From positions 540,001-572,000 of the forward strand of contig CP061211.1 in the NCBI GenBank assembly GCA_026016245.1: 32,000 nt of DNA, written 5' to 3'. The stretch comes from Candidatus Pacearchaeota archaeon. Its GTDB lineage: Archaea > Nanobdellota > Nanobdellia > Pacearchaeales > UBA284. Positions 17,621 through 27,075 of the stretch are shown piece by piece. A program made the position numbers and the translations under genes. Every line of letters starts with the position of its first letter. The first letter of the stretch is position 1. The notes beneath the pieces were generated by a model that worked only from the letters and a program-made list of their open reading frames with translations, searched no databases and was not told the origin of the DNA.

Positions 17621-18286
17621 ATGGAAAATCAGACTTTCTGGGCATTTCTTGTGATAGCTTTAGTTGTCGGATTCGTATTAGGAATGGCTTATACAAATTC
17701 AACAATAACAGGAAAAGCCATCTGGGATGTTTTTAAAGTTAAAGAACCGACAACGCCTGCTCAACCAGACGCATTTCAACCAGCAACGACTCAACTAGTA
17801 GATGCATGGTTTGATGGAACGCAATTTCCACACTGTGAAACGACTTTTGATTTTAATCTAGATAGCGAAAATAGTGTTTTTTTCTTGGAAAAATGTTTTA
17901 AAGCAGTTTTTGTAGAAGAAAACAGAAGGAAAGAAGTTACTCTTCATGGAACATTTTTTGACACCACAAGACAAGAATTTGTAGCACATATAGAATTTAA
18001 AGATTTTTTAGGGAGTACTTTATGCTTTGAAGAGGATATAATTACAGCTGTAGAAGACATTGGGTTTGCAGTTGATGTATTAGAGATAACATTAAAATCT
18101 TCCAATGCAGAAACTGTAGAGGCTGCACTAGTAGTAATTCCAGATAATTTCTTTGAGGAATTTTGTTTTACTACAACAGATCCAAATCTCATAGAAGGAA
18201 CCTTTACTGATAAAAAATATGTGATTGATAGTAATGGAATTGATTGTAAACAAGGATTTGGGAGATGTGCTGCCGCAGTTAATTGA
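17621..18286 (+). CDS. Membrane-anchored extracytoplasmic hypothetical protein with several Cys
   Basis: Strong SD AAAGGAGGTAATAAATG, N-terminal TM, then soluble domain. Confidence 0.75.
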   Translation: MENQTFWAFLVIALVVGFVLGMAYTNSTITGKAIWDVFKVKEPTTPAQPDAFQPATTQLVDAWFDGTQFPHCETTFDFNLDSENSVFFLEKCFKAVFVEENRRKEVTLHGTFFDTTRQEFVAHIEFKDFLGSTLCFEEDIITAVEDIGFAVDVLEITLKSSNAETVEAALVVIPDNFFEEFCFTTTDPNLIEGTFTDKKYVIDSNGIDCKQGFGRCAAAVN

Positions 18287-18307
18287 TTCCAAAAATTTTT
18301 TTCTTTT

Positions 18308-19030
18308 TTATTTTTCATATAAAGTATAGTAGGCTATTGTTATTATTGCTGCTAGAAGTAGAGCTATGATTATCGTCGCAAAAGTGTTTGTCAGGTTCAT
18401 TAATAGCAAGATAAATAAAGAGAATATGAAAGCAAAGAACCATGTTACTCTTGTGCTGTTCAGGATTTTGAATCCAAGGCCAATAGGAATTAATGTTAAA
18501 AAGGCAAGCCATGCACATATCATTGCAAACTCGTTGTAGCCAGCTACTCTTATGATAAGGCCCAGAATGAGAACAGCAATAGGGCCGGAGAGTGCTATCT
18601 TTCCAATATCAGCCTCTGTAAGCTCTTCCCATCTTCTTCTTACTCGGCTAGGTTTTGGTTCAATATCAAAGTTAAGGATGGCAAGCCACTTAAAAAAGCC
18701 GTTTGTGATAATAACTAAAATTAAAGGCAAAGCAAGCCAGGCTGGAAATTCAAATGGAAATTCTGCTTTTGCTCCTTCTCTTAATGGCCTGAACCAATAT
18801 TTTCTGAAACTTAAGAGTTTAATTCTTATTTTACAGTCAAGATAGTCTGCTGTTGCTTTTTGAGCAAGAACAAAAATTCCTAATATTGCTAGAGAGAGAA
18901 GAAAGTAGATGAAAAAATCATCTGGCTCAAAACTGATCATCGGCAATGAGACATTTAAAGCAAGCACAAAACCTAAAAATAAAGATGCTAGGACTATGAT
19001 GGTAATTTCCTTGATCAGATCTTTTTCCAT
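18308..19030 (-). CDS. M50/site-2 protease-like integral membrane protein lacking catalytic motifs
   Basis: ALSGPIAVLILGLI and FLTLIPIGLGFKILNSTRVTWFF match M50 topology, but HExxH position reads QKATAD. Confidence 0.6.
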   Translation of the reverse strand: MEKDLIKEITIIVLASLFLGFVLALNVSLPMISFEPDDFFIYFLLSLAILGIFVLAQKATADYLDCKIRIKLLSFRKYWFRPLREGAKAEFPFEFPAWLALPLILVIITNGFFKWLAILNFDIEPKPSRVRRRWEELTEADIGKIALSGPIAVLILGLIIRVAGYNEFAMICAWLAFLTLIPIGLGFKILNSTRVTWFFAFIFSLFILLLMNLTNTFATIIIALLLAAIITIAYYTLYEK

Positions 19031-19052
19031 TTTTAAATAAATGAATAGAGGC

Positions 19053-21344
19053 TTATATTTTTTTCTTTTTTAGCTCTTTTTTAAGCCAGTCCTGCCATTC
19101 CTTGAAAACTTGTCTGCCCTGAGGTACTCCAATATCTTGTCTTACTTTATCACTTATATTATGAAACATATTATTTGCTTTAAGAACCCATGGTGCCTCA
19201 AGTAATTGTGGCCTCTTTATTTTCTTGGCTGTTTTTACCATTGCTTCTTTTATTTTTGCCCTCAGTAAGATATTGTCCCAGACAGCATCCCAACTTCCTG
19301 CCCATCCTTTGACATTTCCTGCAATATCTTTCAAAATCTCGCTTTCTCCATTAATAAGATCATCAGTTGGAATAAGCTCATCTTTTCTTACATCATACCT
19401 AAATAAGTCAAGGAAACCATGTTCAATACTAGGGTCAGATATCCAGTGCTTTCTTATTTCAGCAAGCTGCAAGACTCTTCTCCATCTGTGGAGACCATCA
19501 GGACTTTTGATTGGATTACATATAAGAATTATATCTGTTGCTTTGAAACTTGTTGCCGGCACTTTCAAATCATTAACAACCCTATCAAAAACTCCATAAG
19601 GACTTGCTCCATGAATTGTTCCTGCCACTACATTAGCTAAAGCACCAATTCTCATGGCTTCATATAATGCCAAAGCTTCTTCACTTCTTACCTCACCTAC
19701 TATCAAAGAAGAGTCTCCAAGACGCAGAGAAGTACGGATACCTTCTGCTGCACTCATTTCTGTTGTTTCTCTTGCCAAAGCTTCTCTAACTTTCATTCTT
19801 AAAATATCATAACCAAGGTCTCGAAGAGAATTAACTGGCAGTTCCATTGTTCCTTCAATAACAATAACTCTATAACGCGGCATAATCTCTAACATGCAGG
19901 CCCCTAACATAGATGTTTTACCAGAGCTTCTTGTTCCTGCAATAATTAGGGTTCTGCCTCCATCAATCAAGAAAGAGAGAACACCAGCTGTCATCGGATT
20001 AATCATTCTGTTTTGAATAAAAAGAGGCAGGGTCCATGGTTTTTCTCTATGTCTTCTGATTGCATAAGCCAAACCATAAGGACTTAATGGTTTTTGAATT
20101 ATAGATACTCTTGCCCTTGCTGCCCCAATTATTAATTCAGTGTCAAGAACAGGATTAGCTTCATCTAATGCCCTCCCAGAAATCATTCTAAATTTAGCTG
20201 CCCATGATTCAGCATCTTCATGACTTGGAATAATATTAGTATTACACTCATCAAATTCTTGATGTCTTATAAATATAGGAACAATGCCTATAGGTGCATT
20301 AATCATTATGTCCTGAATTTTATCATCCTGTAAAAGCACTTCTACTAAACCAAAACCAATAGTATGCCTTACAAGAATTACTGCTAATTTGTTTATTTGC
20401 CTATAACTTAGAGATATTTTTTTTGTTTCAGCAAGCTCTCTGATAAGGTCACGGGCAATATTAAAGAAAACCTGTCTTATTCTAGATGGGTCAACAAATT
20501 CTTCTGCCCTTGGTTTGTGTTCGAGCAAGACATTCCTGGCCATATTAACTAGGCTTTGGAGTTCTTCAGATAAAGTGAATTCAGGAGCCATAATATGATA
20601 AATATCTTTGGTTTTCCCAGGAATTTTCAGTATAGTGATTGTACTTTTATCATATTCTGGGCCTATATCATATTGGTCAATGATTTCAGATTCTGGAGGA
20701 AAAGAAGACATTAACCTAGTGAATGTAAAGTTAGGAACTATCTCTGGCCTAAAAATTTCTTTGTATAGTGTTCTGTCTCCAACTTTATGCCCTAAAAGTC
20801 TTTCTTTTACTATTTTTATTATTGTCAAGCCCTCTAGCAAAGAGAGTATTTTTGTTAAAAGTCTGATATAATGCATCTCAGAAGTTTGTTCTGCTTTAGG
20901 AAGTTTTTTCGCAATGATTCTTTCTTCTCTGAGCAATCTTTTTGCTTCAACATAACAAGCCAGAGGATCTTGTTTAAGAAGAGTTAAAACAAGATAACGC
21001 ATTGTGTCATATCTTTGTGGCAGGTATTTTTTGTATTTGTATGGTTCTAGTGTTGAGGTTTCTAGAACTTTCACTTGTTTTATTAAATGCACATAAAGCT
21101 GCCCAACTTCAACTAGCAATGAGACTTGTCTGAAATCATAACTATAGTTTCTTTGCTGGACAAAAACCACTCTTGAAACATTTGGTGATTCAATAATAGA
21201 TTCAACAGTGCGGGCCATTACAATAGGAGAATCTGCGATAGTTGGCACATAGGGAGCACCAAGATAATTAATATACATAACATCCTGGCCAGCCTCTCTT
21301 GTGATTTCATAAGCATATAATTTTGTTTCTGGTTTAAAAATCAT
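19053..21344 (-). CDS. Type II/IV secretion / type IV pilus assembly ATPase (GspE/TadA/FlaI-like)
   Basis: GRTLIIAGTRSSGKTSMLGA Walker A, VIEGTMELPV, SLRLGDSSLIVGEVRSEEALALYEAMRIGALANVVAGTIHG. Confidence 0.93.
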   Translation of the reverse strand: MIFKPETKLYAYEITREAGQDVMYINYLGAPYVPTIADSPIVMARTVESIIESPNVSRVVFVQQRNYSYDFRQVSLLVEVGQLYVHLIKQVKVLETSTLEPYKYKKYLPQRYDTMRYLVLTLLKQDPLACYVEAKRLLREERIIAKKLPKAEQTSEMHYIRLLTKILSLLEGLTIIKIVKERLLGHKVGDRTLYKEIFRPEIVPNFTFTRLMSSFPPESEIIDQYDIGPEYDKSTITILKIPGKTKDIYHIMAPEFTLSEELQSLVNMARNVLLEHKPRAEEFVDPSRIRQVFFNIARDLIRELAETKKISLSYRQINKLAVILVRHTIGFGLVEVLLQDDKIQDIMINAPIGIVPIFIRHQEFDECNTNIIPSHEDAESWAAKFRMISGRALDEANPVLDTELIIGAARARVSIIQKPLSPYGLAYAIRRHREKPWTLPLFIQNRMINPMTAGVLSFLIDGGRTLIIAGTRSSGKTSMLGACMLEIMPRYRVIVIEGTMELPVNSLRDLGYDILRMKVREALARETTEMSAAEGIRTSLRLGDSSLIVGEVRSEEALALYEAMRIGALANVVAGTIHGASPYGVFDRVVNDLKVPATSFKATDIILICNPIKSPDGLHRWRRVLQLAEIRKHWISDPSIEHGFLDLFRYDVRKDELIPTDDLINGESEILKDIAGNVKGWAGSWDAVWDNILLRAKIKEAMVKTAKKIKRPQLLEAPWVLKANNMFHNISDKVRQDIGVPQGRQVFKEWQDWLKKELKKKKI

Positions 21345-21503
21345 AATACTCTCCTCTTTTCTTTCCTTTGTTTTTATGAGATATCCTACATTTTTAATTA
21401 TTGCGTTAATGTATTATAATGCAAGAGTAATACAAGATAAATATTTAAATCAAAATTTCTTTTTAAAAGTAATAAAAGTAAAAGAGGAAGAGGAAAAAGA
21501 AAG

Positions 21504-21896
21504 ATGGATGAAAGAGAGTTAGGAGCTGTTTCTGCTCTTCTGACAGAATTTAGTACTAGAGTGAATGATTTAGAAGAAAGGAGTAGATTGATTAGGGAAA
21601 GGCTTCTTACTTTAAGTCAAACCGTATTGAAACAGAATGAAAGGCTGAACAAGGAAATTGGTGTTTTAAAGGAAGACATGAGAGAGATTAGAAATGAGAG
21701 TGATAGATTAAAAGAAGCTGTTGAGCATATTATCCGTGAGAGTTCTGAGCTAGCAAGAAAAGAAGAGCTGAGAGTTGTGGAGAGATATATGAAACTTTTT
21801 GAGCCACTTAAATTTGCAACTATTGAGGATGTTAAGAGGATTGTGAAGAAAGAGCTAAAAAAGAAGAAGGATGGAATTATAGAGATAGAAGAATAA
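21504..21896 (+). CDS. Coiled-coil protein (130 aa)
   Basis: MDERELGAVSALLTEFSTRVNDLEERSRLIRERLLTLSQTVLKQNERLNKEIGVL heptad-rich. Confidence 0.75.
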   Translation: MDERELGAVSALLTEFSTRVNDLEERSRLIRERLLTLSQTVLKQNERLNKEIGVLKEDMREIRNESDRLKEAVEHIIRESSELARKEELRVVERYMKLFEPLKFATIEDVKRIVKKELKKKKDGIIEIEE

Positions 21897-21917
21897 AAAA
21901 TTTAAAAATAAAAAATA

Positions 21918-22802
21918 ATGCTTAAAAATAAAAATATGCCAAAAAAAACACCTGTTAATGAAGTTCTTAGGTTGATTAAACAGGGCTATACAGATGCAGA
22001 TATAATTCGTTATTTGAGAGAACAAGATTATAGTCCAACTGAAATAAATGATGCCATGAATCAGGCAAAGATTAAGATAGAGCTAGCTGAGACTGCTGGT
22101 ATGGAAACTGAAGTTGCTCCTGCTGAATATGCTGAAACAGCAGAAGAGGAAATGACTCCATCAATAATGTCTCAAGAAGAAGTTGAGGCTGGGCCAGTTT
22201 ATTATGCTCCGGCGCCAGCAGAAGAAGAAGCTCCAGCTGAAGCGCCTGTAGAAGAAGTTCCTTTAACAACAGAAGCAGGATATCCTTATTCTTATCCATA
22301 TGCTTATCCTACTGAAGCTCCTGGAGCTCAGGTTATGCCATCAACAACAGAGATGGAAGAACTTGCTGAAGAAATCATAAATGAAAAATGGCAAGAGTTC
22401 ATGAGAAAAGCTGGGGACATTCCAGAATTCAAAACTAATGTCAAGTCAAGGCTAAAAAGCGCTGAGGACAGAACCAAGAGATTGGAGAGAGCTTTTGAAA
22501 GGCTTCAAGAAACAACTTTATTAAGAGTACAGGAACAAGGGAGGGATATTAAGGCATTAAGTACAGAGATAGGGGCATTAGAAGGAGCTTTTAGTAAAAT
22601 TTTAGAGCCATTAACAACATCAGTAAAAGAATTAATAGAACTAAGCGAGGAAATAAAGGGAATAAAACCAAAAGAAGCAGCAAAAATAAAGAAAGCAGTA
22701 ATAAAAGTAGAAAAAGCTTTAAAGACAAAAGCAAGACCAAAAACAAAAGCAAAAAAAGCAATCAAGAAAAAAACAATAAAGAAGAAAGTAAAGAAAAAAT
22801 AA
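21918..22802 (+). CDS. Coiled-coil protein with UBA/CUE-like N-terminus and Lys/Ala-rich C-terminal tail; start may be MPKKTPVN at 21936
   Basis: VLRLIKQGYTDADIIRYLREQDYSPTEINDAMNQAK, Pro/Glu/Ala linker, coiled coil, KTKARPKTKAKKAIKKKTIKKKVKKK. Confidence 0.75.
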   Translation: MLKNKNMPKKTPVNEVLRLIKQGYTDADIIRYLREQDYSPTEINDAMNQAKIKIELAETAGMETEVAPAEYAETAEEEMTPSIMSQEEVEAGPVYYAPAPAEEEAPAEAPVEEVPLTTEAGYPYSYPYAYPTEAPGAQVMPSTTEMEELAEEIINEKWQEFMRKAGDIPEFKTNVKSRLKSAEDRTKRLERAFERLQETTLLRVQEQGRDIKALSTEIGALEGAFSKILEPLTTSVKELIELSEEIKGIKPKEAAKIKKAVIKVEKALKTKARPKTKAKKAIKKKTIKKKVKKK

Positions 22803-22864
22803 TCATTAGAAAATATTCTTTTTTTGGTAATTAATATTATATAATATTCTTATATATTTTTCAT

Positions 22865-23776
22865 ATGGATCCTGGAGTAATGAGTTATTCAAAAATTAAT
22901 ACATATAAAGGCTGTCCTTTTAGTTATTTTTTAGGCTATGGTCTTGGAGTTATTGTTCCTGATAATCCAGCTCTTGCTTTGGGGAGTATGTTACATACCC
23001 ATGCAAAACGATTTTGGGATATAAATTATAAATCAGTTGATAAGTTTGTTGGAGCTTTTAGAGGGATGTATTTACAAAGAGTTTTTGGTAAACTTAAAAA
23101 TCACCAGCCAGTGGCTTTTAAGTATAAGGATGAACCATGGATTAGGTTGAAGCAAGGGGAAAAAATGATTGAATTATTCTACAGACAGAATATCAGAAAT
23201 AAAGAAAGAGAAAAAAGACCAATACTTTTAGAAAAACAAGTTAGGGCTCCTTTTAGAGGGTTCAGAGTTTTAGGTAAATTAGACAGGGTAGATGAATTAA
23301 AAGCAAGAAAAAAAGGACCCAAAAAAATAATTATTGATTATAAAAGTGATAAGATTGTTCCGGTAGATGAACTAGAAGCTAACTTTGTTTATAGTTCTCA
23401 GTTTGTTATCTATAGAATAATACATAAACATGAATTTAAAGAGAATGCTGATGTTTATGTATGGTATCTTCGTATAGGCAGGATGTTTTTAATAAAACCT
23501 AAACCAAATGATAAAAATTGTCTTGAAAAATTATTGATAGAAGTTACAGATGATATAAAAAAAGACAAATTTCCTATGTTTAAAGGATTTCATTGTAAAA
23601 GTGTTTGCGAGTATTTTAAGCCTATCTGTAAACACATCAAAAATTCAGACAAATGTATTCTTGAACTTGAGAGGATGATTAGAAAAGGAAAGCTAAAAGT
23701 AAGTAAGAATAAATGGAAAAAATATCTTGAAAGAAAAAAACTTATATTTCATCCTGTAAGCCATCAGCTGTTATAA
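22865..23776 (+). CDS. PD-(D/E)XK nuclease of Cas4/AddB-like type with predicted 4Fe-4S Cys set
   Basis: YKGCPFSYF, GSMLHTHAKRFW, VLGKLDRVDE, IIDYKSD, SSQFVIY, HCKSVCEYFKPICKH. Confidence 0.82.
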   Translation: MDPGVMSYSKINTYKGCPFSYFLGYGLGVIVPDNPALALGSMLHTHAKRFWDINYKSVDKFVGAFRGMYLQRVFGKLKNHQPVAFKYKDEPWIRLKQGEKMIELFYRQNIRNKEREKRPILLEKQVRAPFRGFRVLGKLDRVDELKARKKGPKKIIIDYKSDKIVPVDELEANFVYSSQFVIYRIIHKHEFKENADVYVWYLRIGRMFLIKPKPNDKNCLEKLLIEVTDDIKKDKFPMFKGFHCKSVCEYFKPICKHIKNSDKCILELERMIRKGKLKVSKNKWKKYLERKKLIFHPVSHQLL

Positions 23777-24707
23777 AGAAAATACATTCTGCTTCTGGCA
23801 AGTTTGGAGAATCAATCATTTTTGCAACTCTTGAATCTTTTCTTCCTCTTCTTAAATAAATTCGGTATGTTGAGGCATGGCCAACAATATGTCCGCCAAT
23901 TGCTTGTGTTGGATCTCCGAAAAGAACATCAGGACGGGCCATGACTTGGTTTGTTATATAAATAGCAAGATTGTTTGCTTCAGCAATCCTCATTAGACTA
24001 TGTAAATGCTTGTTGATTCTTTGCTGCCTGTCTGCCAACATTCCACGACCTGTAAACTCTGCTCTGAAATGTGCTGTAATTGAGTCAACTATCAAAAGTC
24101 GTATTGGTTCTCCTCTCCTTATTAAATCATTAACTTTCTCTACTAGAAGAATTTGATGATCACTATTGAAAGCACGAGCAACAAAAATATTCTTTAATGT
24201 TTTCATTGGATCTAGACCCTGGGCCTGAGAGATTTGTTTTATTCGCTCTGGTCTGAATGTTCCTTCTGTATCAATCCACACAACCTTAGCATTAGCACCA
24301 CCTTTTTCTTTAGGAAGTTGGGTTGTTACAGCAATCACATGCGCTATCTGGCTTTTTCCAGTACCATATGCACCAAAAGTTTCTGTTATAGCTCTTGTTT
24401 CTATCCCCCCACCTAACAATGCATTTAGATTTTTGCTTCCTGTGCTGATTTTGAAAATTTCTTCCCTCTTTTTTAGATATTCTGTTGCATCTTCAAATTC
24501 AAGATGGAGCATTTTTCGAGCTGCAGCTATAGCTTTTCTTGCAGAAGCCCCAGTAATATCAGCCACAGTGCTTAAATCATTAGGAGTCATTACTGCTATG
24601 CTCATTAAATCACCATAACCTACTGATTCTAGTTTTGATGCTGTTGTCTGGCCAATGCCAGGTAAATCTGTTAACTTCATCTCTTTTTTATCTTTGTCCT
24701 TAGCCAT
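23742..24707 (-). CDS. radA: DNA repair and recombination protein RadA
   Basis: LPGIGQTTASKLESVGY helix-hairpin-helix, FGAYGTGKSQIAH, VVWIDTEGTFRPERI, YITNQVMARPDVLFGDPTQAIGGHIVGHASTYRIYLRRG. Confidence 0.98.
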   Translation of the reverse strand: MAKDKDKKEMKLTDLPGIGQTTASKLESVGYGDLMSIAVMTPNDLSTVADITGASARKAIAAARKMLHLEFEDATEYLKKREEIFKISTGSKNLNALLGGGIETRAITETFGAYGTGKSQIAHVIAVTTQLPKEKGGANAKVVWIDTEGTFRPERIKQISQAQGLDPMKTLKNIFVARAFNSDHQILLVEKVNDLIRRGEPIRLLIVDSITAHFRAEFTGRGMLADRQQRINKHLHSLMRIAEANNLAIYITNQVMARPDVLFGDPTQAIGGHIVGHASTYRIYLRRGRKDSRVAKMIDSPNLPEAECIFFITADGLQDEI

Positions 24708-24761
24708 AGTGTTTTAAGGGGCAAGAGTTTTATAAAGATTATTCTACCGAGAAATATGTTT

Positions 24762-25733
24762 TTATTTGCTTAATTCCATAATAATATCATCTGGGTTAAC
24801 TTCTTTTAAACTGTTAATAATAAACTCATTTCTGTTGAACATTACATTTTTTCTAGCTCTGCCAGAAAAGAGCATTTCAGCTCCCAAAATTTCCTGTTTT
24901 TTGTCGAGCATGAAAGATGAATCTTGCAGTTTTTCTATCTCCTCTTCTTTTATCTTGAATATGTTAGTTATTGTCTCATTAAATGCTACTGCTCTCATGC
25001 TTTCACTCCCATCATCAATAATCAGGCTAATCAATGCTCTTTTTTTTGGGATAACAGCATTATGTTTCATGCATACAGCTTTATCTCCTTCATAAGAAAC
25101 TTTCATACCACATTCTGGGCAGGTCATGAAAAAGTTTGGCTGGAAAACCTGGACAATATTACCCCTAACACTCACCCCCTCCCCAGGTTGTAATTCAGAG
25201 AGTTTCTTTATTGGCAGTGTTTCTTTTCTTATTTTTACTGTCTTAATTTCCTTATCACTTAACTCAATACTTGAATTAGAACTAAGATGGATCTCTCTTA
25301 TTGTTGTGCCTCTTACATCAGCATTTTTTATATCAACAACAGAGTCTTTCTTAATTGTTCCATTTTTTATCTTGTCTATGTGGTGGGTATCCCACAAAAC
25401 AACACGAATACTTGAGCTATCATCAGCAAGTAAGAAGGAACCTATCTCCCCTTCATGTTCTGCTCTCCTAAATTTTCTTGTGGGATAAATCTCAATTACT
25501 TTTCCTATGGTTTGAATTTTTTTCATTCCTATAAGCATATCAATTACCTTAAATTTTTGTTTCTCAAAACTTATTCCAAGTTCAGCTGCTACAACTTGGG
25601 CTGCTCCTAAACTACTAATAAGGCCAGAAAGCTTAGCTTTTTTTGCATCTACTCTCCTTTGTATCTCTTCTATACCAAGACCAGAAAGACGAGCTATTCT
25701 CTCTATAAGTTGTTGATATGTTGCGTGAATCAT
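24762..25733 (-). CDS. Replication protein A-like ssDNA-binding protein (OB folds with zinc finger)
   Basis: GSFLLADDSSSIRVVLWD OB-fold, ...FFMTCPECGMKVSYEGDKAVCMKHNA zinc finger. Confidence 0.88.
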   Translation of the reverse strand: MIHATYQQLIERIARLSGLGIEEIQRRVDAKKAKLSGLISSLGAAQVVAAELGISFEKQKFKVIDMLIGMKKIQTIGKVIEIYPTRKFRRAEHEGEIGSFLLADDSSSIRVVLWDTHHIDKIKNGTIKKDSVVDIKNADVRGTTIREIHLSSNSSIELSDKEIKTVKIRKETLPIKKLSELQPGEGVSVRGNIVQVFQPNFFMTCPECGMKVSYEGDKAVCMKHNAVIPKKRALISLIIDDGSESMRAVAFNETITNIFKIKEEEIEKLQDSSFMLDKKQEILGAEMLFSGRARKNVMFNRNEFIINSLKEVNPDDIIMELSK

Positions 25734-25856
25734 TTTATCTTATTAGGAAAGAAGGACTTTTTTTAAATATTTATATCATAATTTATATCAGTTTAATTTT
25801 ATGTCATACCGCAGAAACAGAACAAAGGAATTAAGGAATGCGACAATATTCTTATA

Positions 25857-26657
25857 CTAAATTATCATTGCAAATTTTAATATAATTTTTTCAAATTTCA
25901 TTCCTTTATCCTCAAAAAAGAAATATTCTTCTGTTTCTAATTCAAATATAAGATATGAGCCTTGTTTTTTTACATCAACTGTCCATCCATCAAACTCAAG
26001 TTTATTTTTTACACAAAGAACCATATCAACAGCTTCTTCATCTCTGCATTCTCTTATATCAGAATTTGTTTTTATATAAATGAAATCAAAACTATCTAGA
26101 TTTATATTCTCTTCTTCCAAGATTAAGGTTATAGAAGGATTAAATTCATATTCAAGCTTATAGGTTGCAAAAGTTCCTTTTTCTTCACTGCTAAATGTTT
26201 TGGGATCAGTTTTTGTTTTTATTTCTCCATTTTCAAAAGTATGTGTGTAGGTTATGTCTGTAAGGTTTGTTTCAGAATATGCCTTTAGAGAATCAAAGAA
26301 ACTTTTTCCATACTCATCTGTGAATTTGTTCTGCAAGAAGATTTTTTCTGGCATACAATTTGAGTTCCATATTATTGTATCTCCAGTAACAGTGCAAGAA
26401 GGATTGTCTTTGTCTATTGCAGAATCTTTTACAATCTCATAAAAAGCCTGCGATGCTGCTAGTTTTGATGATTCATTGATGTAGAAGGAAAGCCTATCAC
26501 CCATGTTTTTTATATTTATTGAAGCAGTAGTTTTGATAACTCCAGCATTAATATTTTTGTTTGTGGTTGAGAAAGCATGCCATGACATTCCTATGAAGAT
26601 GATCATTCCTAAAACCAAGCCAATTGCAAATACTCCTGCTTTTTTGTTTTTTATCAT
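25857..26657 (-). CDS. Membrane-anchored protein with KNKKAG N-terminus (cluster member 11)
   Basis: MIKNKKAGVFAIGLVLGMIIFIGMSWHAFS; start overlaps the stop codon of the upstream gene (26654-26657). Confidence 0.75.
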   Translation of the reverse strand: MIKNKKAGVFAIGLVLGMIIFIGMSWHAFSTTNKNINAGVIKTTASINIKNMGDRLSFYINESSKLAASQAFYEIVKDSAIDKDNPSCTVTGDTIIWNSNCMPEKIFLQNKFTDEYGKSFFDSLKAYSETNLTDITYTHTFENGEIKTKTDPKTFSSEEKGTFATYKLEYEFNPSITLILEEENINLDSFDFIYIKTNSDIRECRDEEAVDMVLCVKNKLEFDGWTVDVKKQGSYLIFELETEEYFFFEDKGMKFEKIILKFAMII

Positions 26658-27070
26658 TTTATTTCTAATCGTATGGTTATTATTTCATCAGATGGAATAT
26701 AGAATAATGAACCTGCTTGTTTGTTGAATTCATAATTATAGATGCCAAGGGATTTTTCTGCCTCCTGATTTAATATTTCTTCATATATTGGATTAATCTT
26801 AGAAAGCCTTATTAGTTCAGCTATTGTTATATCTTGTTTCTCCTCTTCAATTTCTATCTCTACTGTTTTTTGAAGCCATGCTTGAAGAGAGAGATGTTCC
26901 TGGTCTTTTGTTATCTGTTCTGTGGCAATTTTTTCTATTTCTTTTTTTGGAGCGCCCCATAATACAGTGGATATAATGATAAAAATTATTAGAAGAAGAG
27001 CAACAATTACAAGTCCAACTGTATCTTGTACAAGCTCTCCTGCCTGTGCTTTTTTATTTTTTATCTCCAT
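26654..27070 (-). CDS. Prepilin-like small membrane-anchored protein (cluster member 10)
   Basis: MEIKNKKAQAGELVQDTVGLVIVALLLIIFIII. Confidence 0.75.
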   Translation of the reverse strand: MEIKNKKAQAGELVQDTVGLVIVALLLIIFIIISTVLWGAPKKEIEKIATEQITKDQEHLSLQAWLQKTVEIEIEEEKQDITIAELIRLSKINPIYEEILNQEAEKSLGIYNYEFNKQAGSLFYIPSDEIITIRLEIK

Positions 27071-27075
27071 TTTAT

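Noticed and set aside
22865-23776. Cas4 as part of a CRISPR-Cas locus
   Set aside because: No direct repeats with regular spacers and no cas1/cas2 or effector genes in the window
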